Below are positions 41,088 through 50,835 of a stretch of DNA of 61,936 nucleotides, in pieces. Below the pieces are notes generated by a model. That model saw nothing but the letters and a program-made list of their open reading frames with translations, ran no database searches and was not told where the DNA came from. Source of the stretch: Pseudobdellovibrionaceae bacterium (GTDB lineage Bacteria > Bdellovibrionota > Bdellovibrionia > Bdellovibrionales > Bdellovibrionaceae); contig JBDHWW010000020.1 of NCBI GenBank assembly GCA_039810425.1, positions 1-61,936 of the forward strand. The letters run 5' to 3'. Position 1 is the first letter of the stretch, and the number at the start of each line of letters is the position of its first letter. The position numbers and the translations under genes were made by a program.

Positions 41088-41747
41088 ATGGGAATGAACC
41101 TGCTTAAATCGACACTTGCAGCCACTGTGGTTCTTGTGAGTTTGAACGCCTGGAGCACTGAGAGCGACCCGGCTCTTTCGACTGAGTTGAACAACACAAT
41201 GAACTCTATGAACCAGCAAAAAGCGACTTTGCACCTGGAGTCTGAAGTTGTAGCCCTTGATAACGAAGAGTATCAGGCCGCTGAAAAGCAAACTGTTAAC
41301 GAAATTAATAAGCTTCACAGCGAGATCAAAGACCTCGAGCGCCAACGGCGCAGTCTTACCAAAGAAGCGGACCGCGCTCGTTTGAATGCGGAGTTGGCGA
41401 CAAAACGCCTTCAGTTGAAACAAACCCAAAAAGCCGACGCTCAAAACCGGTTGGCTCAAGCCAATAACGAGAAGAAAAAAGCGGAGCACAGCCACTCTCA
41501 AGTAAAAGCGAAAGTAGAGTTGACTGAACAGCAATTGTCTCAAGCCAAGCAAAAAACGACTGAAACATTGAATGGCCTTCGCGAAATCGAAAGAGACAAT
41601 GTAAAGTTGAAAAACCGCATTGAGCAAATGAAACGATCCATTGCCCTTGAAAAGAAAAAGAAAGACAGCCTACGTTCAAAGCGCACGAAGTTGACTTCTG
41701 AAGGCCAGCGCTTGCGCAAGCAAGTGGCGGCTCTTGAAAGACGTTAA
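41088..41747 (+). CDS. Secreted coiled-coil protein
   Basis: GGAGGA SD, signal peptide, then ~180 aa of K/E/Q/L/A-rich heptads. Confidence 0.7.
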   Translation: MGMNLLKSTLAATVVLVSLNAWSTESDPALSTELNNTMNSMNQQKATLHLESEVVALDNEEYQAAEKQTVNEINKLHSEIKDLERQRRSLTKEADRARLNAELATKRLQLKQTQKADAQNRLAQANNEKKKAEHSHSQVKAKVELTEQQLSQAKQKTTETLNGLREIERDNVKLKNRIEQMKRSIALEKKKKDSLRSKRTKLTSEGQRLRKQVAALERR

Positions 41748-41757
41748 TCCACCCTTC

Positions 41758-42450
41758 CTAAAAGATCGCCGCGCTTTCGTCTTCGATCGGCGCGGCCTCG
41801 TAGCTCTCGGCCTCTCGCAGGGACTTTTTATTAAAGTAAAAATGTAAAAGCCCTGCGCTGACGCCCAAAACAAAGCCCACGAAATGACTCTTGTAACTGA
41901 TCGACGGGTCAAACGCCTCAGCGGGCATAAAAAGTAACAACCCCACACCCATTGCCCTGAGGAACCTGTGCATCAGGGTGCGTTTACGATCAATCATAAA
42001 ATACAAAATCAGCCACGCCCCCCCCATCCAGAAGACCACTCCAGAAAGACCGATCAGGCGAACCTCCATCGGCATTCCGTGAAGGACGTAGAGATTGATT
42101 ATCCCGCCAAAGGCGAAGGCCGCCACAAGCACGCGCGCGATACCGAAATACCCCGTCAAAAATGTTCCCAAGATAAAAAATAAAAATGAATTGCTGAGTA
42201 AGTGCTTGCCGTCACCATGAACAAATAGGCTCGTCCAGGCTTTCCAGTATTGGTGCTTGCTAAAAACGGCCTCGCGGCTGGCGCTCATCCATTCTTCGGC
42301 ACCCGCGAAGTTCGTCCAAGCGGCAATACTTAAAAGAACAACGATGAGAGTCGTGAACGCCATAGCGACGGGCGCTAGCGGGTTGGGCTTTCGGCTTAGA
42401 AGAGTCTCCCGCAAAACATAAGTTGACGATGGCACTGCAAACGGGTCCAA
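41758..42450 (-). CDS. Rhomboid intramembrane serine protease
   Basis: FVHGDGKHLLSN, GLSG (Ser), SHFVGF (His). Probable TTG start 42450 after AGGAGG. Confidence 0.9.
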   Translation of the reverse strand: MDPFAVPSSTYVLRETLLSRKPNPLAPVAMAFTTLIVVLLSIAAWTNFAGAEEWMSASREAVFSKHQYWKAWTSLFVHGDGKHLLSNSFLFFILGTFLTGYFGIARVLVAAFAFGGIINLYVLHGMPMEVRLIGLSGVVFWMGGAWLILYFMIDRKRTLMHRFLRAMGVGLLLFMPAEAFDPSISYKSHFVGFVLGVSAGLLHFYFNKKSLREAESYEAAPIEDESAAIF

Positions 42451-42511
42451 ACGGCCTCCTGGTCGATAAACATTGAGACCGCCAGCTCCTTTGTCAAGAT
42501 GAGTCAAATAA

Positions 42512-43501
42512 TCACATGAAATCCGCGACTTTAGCGACGAGCTTGCCGCGCACTCGGTGGGCGGCCAAGCGCTCCAAGCCTAAAGGAATGTTCTCAAACG
42601 GCAGAATTTCAGTCAGTGTTGAAAAGACTTTTTTATCTTCAATCAGTTTTGAAATTTCAGCACCGATCACGCCAAGATCTTTCTTGTCGTCGTGAGACCC
42701 CAGAGTGAAAGCACCAGCTAAAAAAACCATTTGAACACTCAACGCCTTTTCAAAGAGCGGAATATTTGATACATCCGGCACGTCCACAAGCCCCACGAAG
42801 TGACCCGCGAAACCCAGCAATTTGAAGTTCTCGGCGACCTGAGGCCCTCCGAGAGTGTCCAGCACGAGGCTCACGCCCCGCCCATTGGTGTAATCCATGA
42901 TCTTCTCAAAAATATTTTCATCGTGGTAGTTGATTACAAACTCGGCTCCCAAATCACGCACGAATGAAAAATTGTCCTTTGAGCAGGTGGTGATGACACG
43001 AAGGCCTTGGCGTCGCGCAAATTGGATGGCAAAACTGCCGACGCCCCCTGAACCTGCATGGATTAATACTTTCTGGCCCTCGCGTAAATTCAATTTGCGG
43101 TTAAAAACTTGATAAGCCGTCCAACCCGCGACAGGAATTGCCGCCGCTTCTTCAAACGAACTCTTTGCCGGCATCAACGCAAGAGCACTGGCGGAAGTCA
43201 CAGCGTACTCGGCAAAACTCCCTGGACGGGCGATATCAAAAAGCCCGTACACACGGTCGCCAACTTTAAGGTCTTTAACATCCGCGCCAACTTTATCCAC
43301 AACTCCGGCGCCATCAGCCCCGAGCGTGTGTGGATAACTCCAGGCGACGTGCCCCCAATCCGCAGCTTTATAGTCCACGGGGTTGAGCCCCACCGAATGA
43401 ATGCGCACCCGCACCTCATCGGACTTTGGCTCTGGTATCGGCAGGTCCTCGATATGCAGACTCCCACGATCACCGGCTTTATCCAACACGAAGGCTTTCA
43501 T
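42512..43501 (-). CDS. NAD(P)H-dependent quinone-oxidoreductase-like MDR enzyme
   Basis: LNPVDYK, LGADGAGVV, HAGSGGVG, GKLV; no catalytic Zn ligands. Start ATG 43501. Confidence 0.9.
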   Translation of the reverse strand: MKAFVLDKAGDRGSLHIEDLPIPEPKSDEVRVRIHSVGLNPVDYKAADWGHVAWSYPHTLGADGAGVVDKVGADVKDLKVGDRVYGLFDIARPGSFAEYAVTSASALALMPAKSSFEEAAAIPVAGWTAYQVFNRKLNLREGQKVLIHAGSGGVGSFAIQFARRQGLRVITTCSKDNFSFVRDLGAEFVINYHDENIFEKIMDYTNGRGVSLVLDTLGGPQVAENFKLLGFAGHFVGLVDVPDVSNIPLFEKALSVQMVFLAGAFTLGSHDDKKDLGVIGAEISKLIEDKKVFSTLTEILPFENIPLGLERLAAHRVRGKLVAKVADFM

Positions 43502-43502
43502 A

Positions 43503-44153
43503 TCAGAAATCCCCCTCTTTAACGTAAGGTTGGCTCCAGAGGCAAACCTGCAAGAGCACGGACTTGATCCACGCCTGATACATGCATTCAACATCTTCCG
43601 CATTGTGGGTTTGTCTTTTTGCCAGGAATGGTTTCAAAGTCGCCGTCAGCGGATAAACCAGCGCTAAAATATAGCGGAAGCTTATTTTCTCGACAGAGTC
43701 CGCATCGTCGGTTTGGTTTTTTCTTGTAAGATGTCTTAGCGCTATTTCATGCTGATAGTTCAGCCACTGCTGATCGTAGTTCGCATCGGCCGTGTCTAAG
43801 ATCCACTGTTTAAATCGCAGACGGACCGAATCCATATAATCTTTATTCAAGCGATGATCGTTCTTGTGGCTAAAGAAAATGGCGAGCTGCGGCTCTACTT
43901 GAATGAAGCTATACCAGACATCAAGAATGTCATCGGTTTGATCCTCAAGCACTTCACGTGACATGCGAATGTACTTTTCATCCTCATCGGTCCAAAGAAT
44001 GGTATTTTTTAAAAGCGCCAGCTCTTTCAAAGACACCGGGCTTTTCGTAACTATTTTTGTGCCATAGGTGTAGCCAGGAATCCCCTTCCCACCATGAAGA
44101 GGGGCCTTAAACTTTTTAGATCTGTCCTGATGGGTTGTACCGGAATGTTGCAT
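43503..44153 (-). CDS. Protoglobin (single-domain haem globin)
   Basis: IPGYTYG, ILDVWY, RFKQWILDT, YQHEIALRH, KNQTD and LWSQPYVKEGDF match the archaeal protoglobin pattern. Confidence 0.92.
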   Translation of the reverse strand: MQHSGTTHQDRSKKFKAPLHGGKGIPGYTYGTKIVTKSPVSLKELALLKNTILWTDEDEKYIRMSREVLEDQTDDILDVWYSFIQVEPQLAIFFSHKNDHRLNKDYMDSVRLRFKQWILDTADANYDQQWLNYQHEIALRHLTRKNQTDDADSVEKISFRYILALVYPLTATLKPFLAKRQTHNAEDVECMYQAWIKSVLLQVCLWSQPYVKEGDF

Positions 44154-44316
44154 CGAAAATCTCCTTATTCATACTGCATGAGTGCAATTTATTGTGAATT
44201 CAGAGTAAGTTTTCGATGTCGTGAACTCCGCCGAACTATTGGAAGATATCGGAATACAAAGTCTAGTTCTTGCGTTCAATCCGCTAAATAAACCACGGCG
44301 CGCGCGTTTTCTCCGG

Positions 44317-45213
44317 CTAGTATTGCCAAGGGAATTTTGAAAAGTTCTTCGGGCGTTTTTCGAGGAAAGAATCCCGGCCCTCTTTGGCTTCTTCAGTGCC
44401 GTAAGCTAAACGGGTCGCCTCACCAGCAAAGAGCTGCTGACCCACAAGACCATCGTCGATCATATTAAAGCCGTATTTCAACATACGCATCGCGGTGGGG
44501 CTCTTGGAGTTCATCTCGCGCGCCCATTTCAGTGCCACATTCTCAAGTTCCGCGTGTGGCACCACGGCGTTCACCATGCCCATGTCGAAAGCTTCTTGAG
44601 CCGTGTAGTTTGCACCCAAGAAAAAGATCTCGCGGGCGCGCTTTTGTCCGACCATGCGGGCCAAGTATGCGGACCCATAACCGCTATCAAAGCTTGCGAC
44701 GTCTGGATCCGTTTGTTTAAAGACCGCGTGCTCTTTGCTCGCCAAAGTTAAATCGCAAACCACGTGCAAAGAGTGGCCACCACCTACAGCCCAGCCCGGT
44801 ACGACCGCCATCACCACCTTTGGCATAAAACGAATTAAGCGTTGAACTTCCAGAATGTGTAAGCGGCCTAAGCGCGCCAAGTCCATCTTGTTCATCGCTT
44901 CGCTCCCAGAGCTTTCGTATTTATAACCGTCTTTACCGCGGATGCGCTGGTCACCGCCGGAGCAGAATGCCCAGCCGCCGTCTTTCGACGAAGGACCATT
45001 GCCGGTGAGGATCACAACGCCCACATCCGGAGTCACGCGCGCATGTTCCAAAGCCGTGTAGAGCTCATCCACGGTTTGTGGACGAAAGGCATTGCGAACT
45101 TCAGGACGGTTCAAAGCAATGCGAACGGTGCCCTGACCTTTGGCGCGGTGATATGTGACGTCGTTGAATTTGAATTCCTTGATTTCAGTCCAAAGTTCCG
45201 GATTGAAAGACAT
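44317..45213 (-). CDS. menB: 1,4-dihydroxy-2-naphthoyl-CoA synthase
   Basis: NRPEVRNAF, FCSGGDQ, GGGHSLH, SFDSGYGSAYLAR. Confidence 0.97.
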   Translation of the reverse strand: MSFNPELWTEIKEFKFNDVTYHRAKGQGTVRIALNRPEVRNAFRPQTVDELYTALEHARVTPDVGVVILTGNGPSSKDGGWAFCSGGDQRIRGKDGYKYESSGSEAMNKMDLARLGRLHILEVQRLIRFMPKVVMAVVPGWAVGGGHSLHVVCDLTLASKEHAVFKQTDPDVASFDSGYGSAYLARMVGQKRAREIFFLGANYTAQEAFDMGMVNAVVPHAELENVALKWAREMNSKSPTAMRMLKYGFNMIDDGLVGQQLFAGEATRLAYGTEEAKEGRDSFLEKRPKNFSKFPWQY

Positions 45214-45261
45214 TGCTGGCTCCTTGTTTCGAAGGGCCGAAATTTACCGCCTCCCGGAAAC

Positions 45262-46644
45262 TTAGGCAATCAGGACTTTTTCAATTTTATCCAAAAACTC
45301 GGCATTAAAACGTTTTAAGGAGACCTTTTCCTCTTCCCACACCTGCTTGCGGACGAAATCATGAGTGATGATCCCGTCTTCGAGGGCGGCACGGACGCGG
45401 CGATCCATCAATTCCGAGAATAAAATCAACTTAGATTCGACGGGAATTTGATCTGCCGGCACCTGGTTCGGAAAGCCCTGCTGATCATTGCGTTCGTGGG
45501 TACAAACAATGCAACTTTTCACCTCTTGTGAAACATCCAGGTTGCGGAACATCACGCGGTTGAGCGAACCCATCGGATGAGATTTGAATTTTTCTAAATC
45601 CTTTGCATCTAACTGCGACTCCGTCTTCTTGAGTATATTTTTATAATTCGCCGCCGGCAAATCCAGCAACCCGATATCCGCAAGCAGAGTGGCAATGATC
45701 AGCGTGCGCATATCTGCCAGCAACTGCCCCTTTTGCGCGATTTGGAGCGCGTACGCAAGAATGTAAACTCCACGCTCGTATCGACAGAATTTGAAATCCA
45801 AAGCTTGCGCGATCACGTTCCAAACATCCGGACAGTTGTTAAGATACCCCGCCAGCGCTTGGGCCACGACAACGAACTCTTCGATCTTCGCCGCCAGAAT
45901 TTCTTTCTTGACCAACTCTGAGTCGAGCAACAACGACAGCATCAGCTCACTGTAAAGGCCCATCAGCGTCATCATCGTGGCACGGCAGCGTTTCTTTAGC
46001 GCCGTCCCCGAGGAGTCATGATAAGTTTCGATGTACTTGCGATACTCTTCCAGATTTTCACGACGGACATAAATTTGTTTTGCCGGTTCGAGCTTACGGT
46101 ATTTCTTGTCACTGAAAGTAAATCCCGAGAAAAGCACCGGTAGAAATTTCTGATTCAACGAAAGCTTATGATACGCATTGAAGGACACTTGTGTGCTGGG
46201 AAACAAGTCTGTCACCGGCACCGGCAAGTACGTGCCTTGAATGATCAACGCCGAAAGGTAATACAACTTCGCGCTGCCAAGTATTTCTTGGAACAAAATC
46301 ATATGATGTGCACCGGCACCACGCATGAAATCGCAGTCCTCAACCGTCTCGTGGCCATCCACCACAACGACGACTTGAGTGCGCGGGAATATCTCGCGCA
46401 AAAGCCCCAAGGCCCGCATGCGCTCTTGGATGCTGGCCGCACCACCAAGCTCAATCAAAGTCATCAACGGCGAGCTCTCCGTGCGGGTATCAAGAGGAAT
46501 GTCTTCGACGCTGGCACAGATCTCTGAGCGGAACTCATAATGTTCCGCAATGTCACTGACTATTGACAATAGCTCGGAATTCTTGGCAAGAACCAAGAAT
46601 TCGATGCGTTTTGGTATTTGCGAAATGACCGCTTCATCAGACAT
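45262..46644 (-). CDS. Degenerate REC + HD-GYP-like protein, probably catalytically inactive
   Basis: LLADIG in place of LLHDIG, HP, HERNDQQGFP; REC-like N-terminus without the Asp. Start is 46644 or 46671. Confidence 0.75.
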   Translation of the reverse strand: MSDEAVISQIPKRIEFLVLAKNSELLSIVSDIAEHYEFRSEICASVEDIPLDTRTESSPLMTLIELGGAASIQERMRALGLLREIFPRTQVVVVVDGHETVEDCDFMRGAGAHHMILFQEILGSAKLYYLSALIIQGTYLPVPVTDLFPSTQVSFNAYHKLSLNQKFLPVLFSGFTFSDKKYRKLEPAKQIYVRRENLEEYRKYIETYHDSSGTALKKRCRATMMTLMGLYSELMLSLLLDSELVKKEILAAKIEEFVVVAQALAGYLNNCPDVWNVIAQALDFKFCRYERGVYILAYALQIAQKGQLLADMRTLIIATLLADIGLLDLPAANYKNILKKTESQLDAKDLEKFKSHPMGSLNRVMFRNLDVSQEVKSCIVCTHERNDQQGFPNQVPADQIPVESKLILFSELMDRRVRAALEDGIITHDFVRKQVWEEEKVSLKRFNAEFLDKIEKVLIA

Positions 46645-46735
46645 TTTCGAGACACTCTCCCCTGGCAACATTTCGGCTTTTTTGAAGGGCTTCTAAATTA
46701 AAAACCGCTTAAAGATCCCCGACCGAGGTCGGGTC

Positions 46736-46764
46736 TTGACAAGGACAAGCAAACATTGAATAGT
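46736..46764 (+). promoter_or_regulatory. Sigma70-like promoter
   Basis: TTGACA-17 bp-AATAGT upstream of the chalcone-isomerase-like gene, preceded by palindrome CCCGACC-ga-GGTCGGG (46718-46733). Confidence 0.45.
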
Positions 46765-46789
46765 TTCATCACCTTTGGAGGCCTCACCT

Positions 46790-47431
46790 ATGGAATTCAC
46801 TCTGAAAATGAACAGTAAAATGAAGCATTTTGCCCTTATAGGCACGAGCATGGCACTACTCACAGCCGGTGCCTTTGCTCAAGCCGGGACCAACCAGCTT
46901 GAGGGCGTCACGCTTTCCACCAATGGCCTGACTAAAGAGGGGCAGAAATTATCTTATATCGGAGCGGGCCTTCGTAACAAAAAAGTGATCCTGGTGAATG
47001 TGCGCGTGTATGTCGGTGAGTTCTTTGTCGGTGACACGGCGAAATTTAAAAAGTCCGACGCGCTCAAAACTGTGACAGAGGCTTCTCCGGCCCTCATCCA
47101 ACTCCACTTTTTGCGCGATGTGGATGCCGAAAAAGTTCAGTCCTCATTTAAAGAAGCGCTTGAAGCCAACAAGATTGACTTGAAAAAACCTGAAATTCAG
47201 AAATTCTTAGACGCCGTAAAAACCGGCGGCGAAGCCAAGAGCGGCAAAATGTTGTCGATCTATGGCGTTAAAAAAGGTGATGGCTCTGAAGTTATCACCT
47301 ATGAGGACTCCAACTCCAAAGCCACCACTGTTTCAGGAGGGGCTGGATTCATTCAGGAGATCTTCGCAATTTGGCTTGGCACTCCCTCTGACGGCGGCGT
47401 TGCCAAACTCACGGAAGACATCCTGAAGTAA
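46790..47431 (+). CDS. Exported chalcone-isomerase-like (lipid-binding) protein
   Basis: Signal peptide; GAGLRNK...VRVYVG, FLRDV, F..IWLG..P. Exact start uncertain. Confidence 0.8.
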   Translation: MEFTLKMNSKMKHFALIGTSMALLTAGAFAQAGTNQLEGVTLSTNGLTKEGQKLSYIGAGLRNKKVILVNVRVYVGEFFVGDTAKFKKSDALKTVTEASPALIQLHFLRDVDAEKVQSSFKEALEANKIDLKKPEIQKFLDAVKTGGEAKSGKMLSIYGVKKGDGSEVITYEDSNSKATTVSGGAGFIQEIFAIWLGTPSDGGVAKLTEDILK

Positions 47432-47435
47432 TCCT

Positions 47436-49832
47436 TTAGTTCGTCACGCCCCCTTGTTGAGGGGGCTGCATCAGGGCCGTTGGTTGAAGGAATATCTGAC
47501 TCATCAAATCCACATCCAAATCCAACGCCGCTTTTAAAACTTCATTCACATTCTCTACAAAGACAAACTTCATACTGTTACGAATTTCCTGCGGAACTTC
47601 GGCCAAGTCTTTTTCGTTTTTCTTCGCGAGGATGACCTTTTCAATTCCCGCCCGATGGGCGGCAAGGACCTTTTCCTTAATCCCCCCCACCGGCATCACC
47701 GAGCCGCGCAGGGTAATCTCACCGGTCATGGCCAGTTTCGGATCGACTTTATGCTGCGAGAACAACGAGGCCAGACTCGTCAACAAGGTCACCCCGGCGG
47801 ACGGGCCATCTTTTGGAATCGCTCCCGCAGGCACGTGAATGTGGATATCCTGCTTGGTGAAATCCACGAGGGGATTGATCAGAGGAAGCCGTGACCTTAG
47901 CAAACTTAAGGCGATCTGCGCGGACTCTTTCATCACTTCGCCCAATTGGCCCGTAATCATCAAATGACCACTGCCCGGCATGCGCGTGCTTTCAATGAAC
48001 AAAATATCACCACCCATCGGAGTCCAAGCAAGCCCCGTAACGACCCCGGCGGCTGCGGCATTCTCGGCGACTTCGGAGGTGTAACGTTCAGGCCCCAAGA
48101 TCTCTTCAAGATCCGTGGTATCTATGGTCACCACGGACTTTTGGTTTTTCAGCACCTTCTCGGCGGCGGCCCTGCAGAGAGCGGCAATTTTACGCTGCAA
48201 TTCACGCACGCCAGCCTCGCGGGTGTAGTGGCTAACTAAGTGATGAAGGGCGGCATCGGTCACTTCTAACTGATCCGGACGGATGCCATGCTCTGCATAC
48301 TGTTTTGCCAACAAATGGTTTTTCGCGATGTGGAATTTTTCTTCCGTCGTGTAACCATTGACCTCGATGACTTCCAGACGATCCATCAACGGACCCGGAA
48401 TGCCCTCAAGGCTGTTGGCCGTAGCGATAAAAAAGACGTTTGATAAATCATAGCCCACTTCCAAGTAGTGGTCTTGGAAGTGATTGTTTTGCTCAGGGTC
48501 CAAAACCTCGAGCAAGGCCGCCCCCGGATCTCCTTGGAATCCACGCCCCAGCTTATCCACTTCGTCGAGAACAAAGACCGGATTGTTTTCGCCGGCTTTT
48601 TTCATGCCGTTGATAATCCGCCCTGGCAACGCCCCCACATAGGTGCGTCGGTGCCCGCGGACCTCCGCCTCGTCCCGGACCCCGCCCAGGGAAATACGCA
48701 CATACTGGCGTCCCAGGGCCTTTGCGATACTTTGACCGAGCGAAGTCTTACCGACCCCGGGTGGACCGACAAATAACAAGATGTTTCCTTTGTTATTGTT
48801 TTTAAGCTTCATCACCGCCAAGTATTGCAGAATGCGTTTCTTAATTTTACTCAAGCCATAGTGATCGGCATCAAGGATCTCACGAGCCTTGTCGAGGTCG
48901 ATTGTGTCTTCATGCGAAGCTTTGCTCCAGGGGAGTGCGGTCAACAAATCCAGATAGTTTTGGATGATCTGGAATTCCGGCGACTGCGGAGAAATGTTTT
49001 TTAAGCGCTGCACTTCCGCGAGGGCGACCTTCTTCGCCTCTTCGCTCATGCCGGCCTCTTCGATGCGCTGGGTGTACTTGTCACCGTTAGCGCCTCCGCC
49101 CGTTTCTTCTTCACCGAGCTCTTCGCGAATGGTTTTAAGCTGCTCGCGCAAAATATGTTCGCGCTGAGTTTGTCCGAGTTTTGAACTCACTTTGCTGCGG
49201 ATCTCGGCTTGCACTTGCAAATTTTCTTTAAAGTTCTGCATGTGCACGAGAAGCGCCATCACCCGTGATTTCAAATTAATATTCTCGAGCAATTCTTGCT
49301 TCTCACGCAATGAGACATCAATGTGCGCGGCGCAGAGATAAGACAAGAATGCGAGATCCTCAACACCCTCGATCATTTCATCAAGTTGTTCGGTATTGCT
49401 GGGAACGTATCGCAAAATCTGACGCGACTGATTCTTGAGGCTTTCCATCAACGCTTCGCTCGTCGCGGTGTCGATATCAACGATATCTTCGAGTGGTTCT
49501 GCGAAGGCTTGAAAATACTGATCCCTTAAGATGACATCGGTGATCTTCATGCGTTGGTGGCCGCGCAGAATCGCTTGGAATCCGGCTTCGGCATTGCCGC
49601 GAACAGATTCGACTTTACACAGAGTCCCGACGGTACAAAGGTCCTCGGTCGAAAGCGCCCCCTGATCAGGAGATTTCTGTGCGACGGCTAAAATCCAGGA
49701 TTGATTCTCGTGAGCTTTATTGAGAGCAAGAATGCTCTTCTCACGTCCAATCCTGAGCGCCTGTCCCACTCCGGGATAAATCACCGTATTTTTAAGGGGA
49801 AGAACAGGAAGAAAACCAGTTGGAATGGACAT
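47436..49832 (-). CDS. lon: ATP-dependent Lon protease
   Basis: GPPGVGKTS, GHRRTYVGA, PKDGPSAG (Ser), GGIKEK (Lys). Confidence 0.98.
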   Translation of the reverse strand: MSIPTGFLPVLPLKNTVIYPGVGQALRIGREKSILALNKAHENQSWILAVAQKSPDQGALSTEDLCTVGTLCKVESVRGNAEAGFQAILRGHQRMKITDVILRDQYFQAFAEPLEDIVDIDTATSEALMESLKNQSRQILRYVPSNTEQLDEMIEGVEDLAFLSYLCAAHIDVSLREKQELLENINLKSRVMALLVHMQNFKENLQVQAEIRSKVSSKLGQTQREHILREQLKTIREELGEEETGGGANGDKYTQRIEEAGMSEEAKKVALAEVQRLKNISPQSPEFQIIQNYLDLLTALPWSKASHEDTIDLDKAREILDADHYGLSKIKKRILQYLAVMKLKNNNKGNILLFVGPPGVGKTSLGQSIAKALGRQYVRISLGGVRDEAEVRGHRRTYVGALPGRIINGMKKAGENNPVFVLDEVDKLGRGFQGDPGAALLEVLDPEQNNHFQDHYLEVGYDLSNVFFIATANSLEGIPGPLMDRLEVIEVNGYTTEEKFHIAKNHLLAKQYAEHGIRPDQLEVTDAALHHLVSHYTREAGVRELQRKIAALCRAAAEKVLKNQKSVVTIDTTDLEEILGPERYTSEVAENAAAAGVVTGLAWTPMGGDILFIESTRMPGSGHLMITGQLGEVMKESAQIALSLLRSRLPLINPLVDFTKQDIHIHVPAGAIPKDGPSAGVTLLTSLASLFSQHKVDPKLAMTGEITLRGSVMPVGGIKEKVLAAHRAGIEKVILAKKNEKDLAEVPQEIRNSMKFVFVENVNEVLKAALDLDVDLMSQIFLQPTALMQPPQQGGVTN

Positions 49833-49884
49833 TTTTCATCTCCTTTGTGGAAAGGATCACTATAAAGGATCTTTCTAAAGGTAA

Positions 49885-49912
49885 AGATGTGTCCAATCGT
49901 GAATACGTCAAG
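49885..49912 (-). promoter_or_regulatory. Possible sigma32-like promoter for lon
   Basis: CTTGAC-N14-ACACATCT resembles CTTGAA-N13/14-CCCCATNT. Confidence 0.3.
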
Positions 49913-49959
49913 CTGCGACCACGCCGCTCTTTTGAACCCTATGTTGCAACACATCGCCA

Positions 49960-50334
49960 CTAGAAATGCTTATCCCATTGATCTTCTTTGAATCCCAGGA
50001 GGCCAAAATCTTTTCCTAAAACAAAAGGACGTTTGATGAGCTTGCCATGTTTCGCTAAAAGATCCAAAGCTTCCGCTTCGCTCATTCCCGACAACTTTTC
50101 TGAAATTTTCATTTCTCTATAAAGAACGCCTGACGTGTTGAAGAGTTTTTTGATCTCTCCACCGTCTGCCTTCACATGGGAAAGCATCGCCTTTATCTCG
50201 ACTTTGGTCGGCGGCTGCTCGGCGATCGGGATGGCCTGATACTTTACTTTATGGGCATCGAGGTATTTCAGAGCTTTTTTGCAAGTGCTGCAACCGGCGT
50301 ATTCGTAGACTTTTATTGATGACATGGATGACAT
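49960..50334 (-). CDS. ArsC/Spx/MgsR family protein
   Basis: CSTCKKA, LFNTSGVLYRE, LIKRP. Confidence 0.92.
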   Translation of the reverse strand: MSSMSSIKVYEYAGCSTCKKALKYLDAHKVKYQAIPIAEQPPTKVEIKAMLSHVKADGGEIKKLFNTSGVLYREMKISEKLSGMSEAEALDLLAKHGKLIKRPFVLGKDFGLLGFKEDQWDKHF

Positions 50335-50455
50335 AAGGCCTCCGGGGATATTGAGGCTTTAGTTTTAATGGACGCGGCCAAATTAATCTAGAGACTTTGT
50401 GAAACTTTCTGCTTATGCTAGTCAGAAATAACCCCTTTTTGGAGGATTCTCAGAC

Positions 50456-50785
50456 ATGAAGTTTGCCAAGTACCTTCTCACGGCAGCATTGATTTTGCCT
50501 TTTTTCGCGCACGCTCAGGATAGCTTTCCACCACCGGACGCAGCGGCACCACCAGCAGCACCAAGCCTTAACGATCCGGCTCTTGACGGCTTGCCTAATG
50601 AAGGTTCCCCTGGCTCCGTAGCTCAACCATCAGCGCCTTCAACTCCGGCGACTGAACTTGGCGAAACGAAGAAGTCTAAAAAGAAAGCAAAAAAAGAGTC
50701 GAAGAAGTCTGCAAAGAAAGACAAAAAGGGTAAAAAAGACTCAAAGAAAGCTAAAAACAAAAAGAAAAAGAAACACCACTCTTAG
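50456..50785 (+). CDS. Small secreted low-complexity protein (Pro/Ala-rich, then Lys-rich tail)
   Basis: GGAGG SD, signal peptide ending AHA, tail KKSKKKAKK...KKKKKHHS. Confidence 0.75.
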   Translation: MKFAKYLLTAALILPFFAHAQDSFPPPDAAAPPAAPSLNDPALDGLPNEGSPGSVAQPSAPSTPATELGETKKSKKKAKKESKKSAKKDKKGKKDSKKAKNKKKKKHHS

Positions 50786-50811
50786 TTCGCGAAAAACGAG
50801 AGATGCATTTA

Positions 50812-50835
50812 AAACCCCGGCCCAAACCGGGGTTT
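50812..50835. terminator. Bidirectional intrinsic terminator
   Basis: AAACCCCGG-cccaaa-CCGGGGTTT between convergent genes. Confidence 0.7.
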
